From the NCBI GenBank assembly GCA_043228905.1, contig JBHGNT010000015.1:7316001-7380000 (forward strand): DNA of 64,000 bases. The letters are read 5' to 3'. This DNA comes from Azolla caroliniana (Eukaryota > Plantae > Polypodiophyta). Positions 61,901 through 64,000 of the stretch are shown in pieces (within the stretch, counting starts at the first letter, position 1; each line of letters opens with the position of its first letter). The position numbers and the translations under genes are program-made. The notes under the pieces were generated by a model. The model did not search any database. It was given only the letters and a program-made list of their open reading frames with translations, and was not told the origin of the DNA.

Positions 61901-64000
61901 TCGGCCGTAGTGCTACAATTACAAGCACAAGGCGCATACCCGCTATTGCTAGGGCGACCATGGTTGAAAATGGCACATATCAAACAAAATTGGCGGAAAA
62001 ATATAATTACCTTCCGGCGAGGAAAAGCCAAGGTACGGGTACCAACACAACCAAGGACGAGCACTAGCAAGGAATGTACACCGTTGTATGCGGAATGCGT
62101 CAACATGCTAGAACGGTTAGCGGACGAAGAAGAAGCTCAGTACCTGCAGGAAAACCCGAAGATCATACCCCTCTTCGAAATTGACATTGCCGAAGCAATA
62201 GCACAATACTTACCGCAACCGGAAGAGGCTGAAGCAGAACCGGATAAAGACGCAATCCGGGAGTTACGGCAAGCGCAGGAAGCGTTGGAACGGGAAATGG
62301 CCGTTTCACAACGCGTAAAAGCGTCGCAACTGGAAGAGGTGAACCTAGGGACCACGGACGAAGCAAAACCGGTGCACATCGCCAAGGAGATGAAGTCCGA
62401 AGACAAAACGGCGATGATCACACTTCTCACGGAATTTCGCGATGTGTTCGCCTGGTCATACGAAGACATGCGAGGACTCGACCCTCAGTTATACCAGCAT
62501 CAGGTGCACTTGAGCAAGGACACAAAACCAGTGGCACAAAGACGGTACCAGATGAATCCCAATTATGCCGCCAAAAGTCAAGGAGGAAATCGACAAACTG
62601 CTAAGAGTTGGTTTTATCCATCCGGTAAAGAAAGCGACATGGCTGAGCCCGATCGTAGTCGTACCGAAGAAGAACGAAAAATTCGAGTTAGTGTGGACTA
62701 CCGGAAACTCAATGCAGCTACGGTAACGGATGCGTTTCCACTTCCGTTCACAGATGGAGTGTTGGATGTCGTCGCTGGCCATGAGGTCTATAGTTTCCTA
62801 GACGGATTCAGCGGGTATAATCAGATCCGGAGGCACCCAGACCACCAAGAGAAAACGGCTTTCGTCACCGAATGGGGGGTGTTTGAGGCCGTGGTGATGA
62901 TGTTCGGACTCAAAACGGCACCGGCAACATTTCAACGAATCATCATGGAAATCTTTGGTGAATATATTCCGGCTTTTATGCAGGTTTTCCTTGACAATTT
63001 TGCCGTCTACAGCCGGGAGGAGGACCATTTTCAGCACCTCCGTCTTTGTCTTGAAAAGTGTAGAGCGTACCGGCTAAGCTTGAATCCGGCAAAGTGTGTA
63101 TTTGGCGTATCCAGTGGAACTCTATTAGGACATATTGTGAGCCAGGAAGGTATTGCAGTCGACCCGGACAAAGTGAAAGCCATATTAGAAGCACCGGCGC
63201 CGGCAACGGCAAAGGCATTAAGCCGGTTCTTAGGCCAGATTCAGTGGCACAGCCGGATGCTCCGTTACTTGGCCGACCTAGCTACACCGTTGCATGCCGC
63301 CATACATCGGACACCATTCCAGTGGACCGACACCGAGGATAGGGCGTATAGGGCCCTCAAGGTACTATTGTCGCAGGCACCGGTAGTACAACCTCCGGAT
63401 TGGAGTAAAGAATTTCACGTGTTCGTAGACGCCTCCGACATCGCAATCGGAAGCGTACTTATGCAGCTTACGGAGCCAAAATGGTACCGGCCAGTGTACT
63501 ATGCCAGCCGAAAGCTATCCCAAGCAGAACGAAACTACTCTACCACGGAACGGGAAGCTCTAGGGATGATCTACAGTGTGACAAAGTTTCGGCATTATTT
63601 ATTGGGAAGGAAGTTTTCCTTCCATGTAGATCATTCGGCACTCCTTTACCTGGTGTCCAAAGCGTCACTCACCGGCAAATTGGCCCAGTGGACCTTACTG
63701 TTACAGGAGTTCGAGTTTGAAATATTCCACCGACCCGGTATACAGCATGCCGTGGCGGATTACTTAAGCCGATTAGAGTCTGGAGAGACGGGTGACGGAG
63801 TAGCAAATGAGTTTCCGGATGCGGAGCTATTTCGAGTCACTATGGAGACGGCAGCGGATGAGACGATGGCACAGGAAGACAAGTGGCTCACAAATATGCA
63901 CCAGTTTCTGAGCACCGGACTACCTCCGGAGGAGATGAACCGGGACGAACGTAAACGCCTGGCAGTACAAAGCCGACATTTTTGCTTACTGCAAGACACA
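58999..64000 (+). mobile_element. Formerly autonomous Athila-like Gypsy G2, running off the window end
   Basis: LTR TGTTACCG... similar to G3, ending at 59367 or 59433. PBS TGGCGACCACG at 59441. Confidence 0.92.
59487..64000 (+). pseudogene. Degenerate gag-PR-RT-RNase H of G2
   Basis: Gag and PR are homologous to G1. RT SFLDGFSGYNQI and VFLDNFAVYS; RH FVDASDIAIG, YASRKLSQAERNYSTTERE, VADYLSRL. Several stops and frameshifts. Confidence 0.92.

Overview
This window is eukaryotic, gene-free, transposon-saturated DNA. The lineage mix (Tcn1-like chromovirus, tRNA-Trp-primed Gypsy with 4-bp TSDs, divergent Copia families) suggests heterochromatin of a non-seed plant, which is an inference. Nearly every base belongs to nested LTR retrotransposons whose ends I could place by TG..CA termini, PBS/PPT and target-site duplications (TSDs). 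Families: Tork/Tnt1-like Copia with 54-bp LTR repeats (A); a second Copia group whose polyprotein runs on past RNase H (B, plus relatives C and D); Athila-like Gypsy with a 3' extra ORF (G); tRNA-Trp-primed elements with 4-bp TSDs (S); one Tcn1-like chromovirus; one hAT-type MITE. Only one long ORF is intact: a Gag-protease fused in frame to the coiled-coil 3' ORF in a young non-autonomous G element (39312-43893). The most striking signal is that family G has no polypurine tract. Every G LTR preceded by 3'-internal sequence instead carries a sense copy of a tRNA 3' half (T-arm, a variable hairpin, acceptor strand, CCA) exactly 2 nt before the LTR TG. This amounts to an inverted, bipartite primer-binding site and suggests tRNA- or tRNA-mimic-primed plus-strand synthesis. 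A second signal is tRNA-like A-box/B-box modules inside family S and Tcn1 LTRs. Lineage names and tRNA identities come from recalled family features and need database confirmation.
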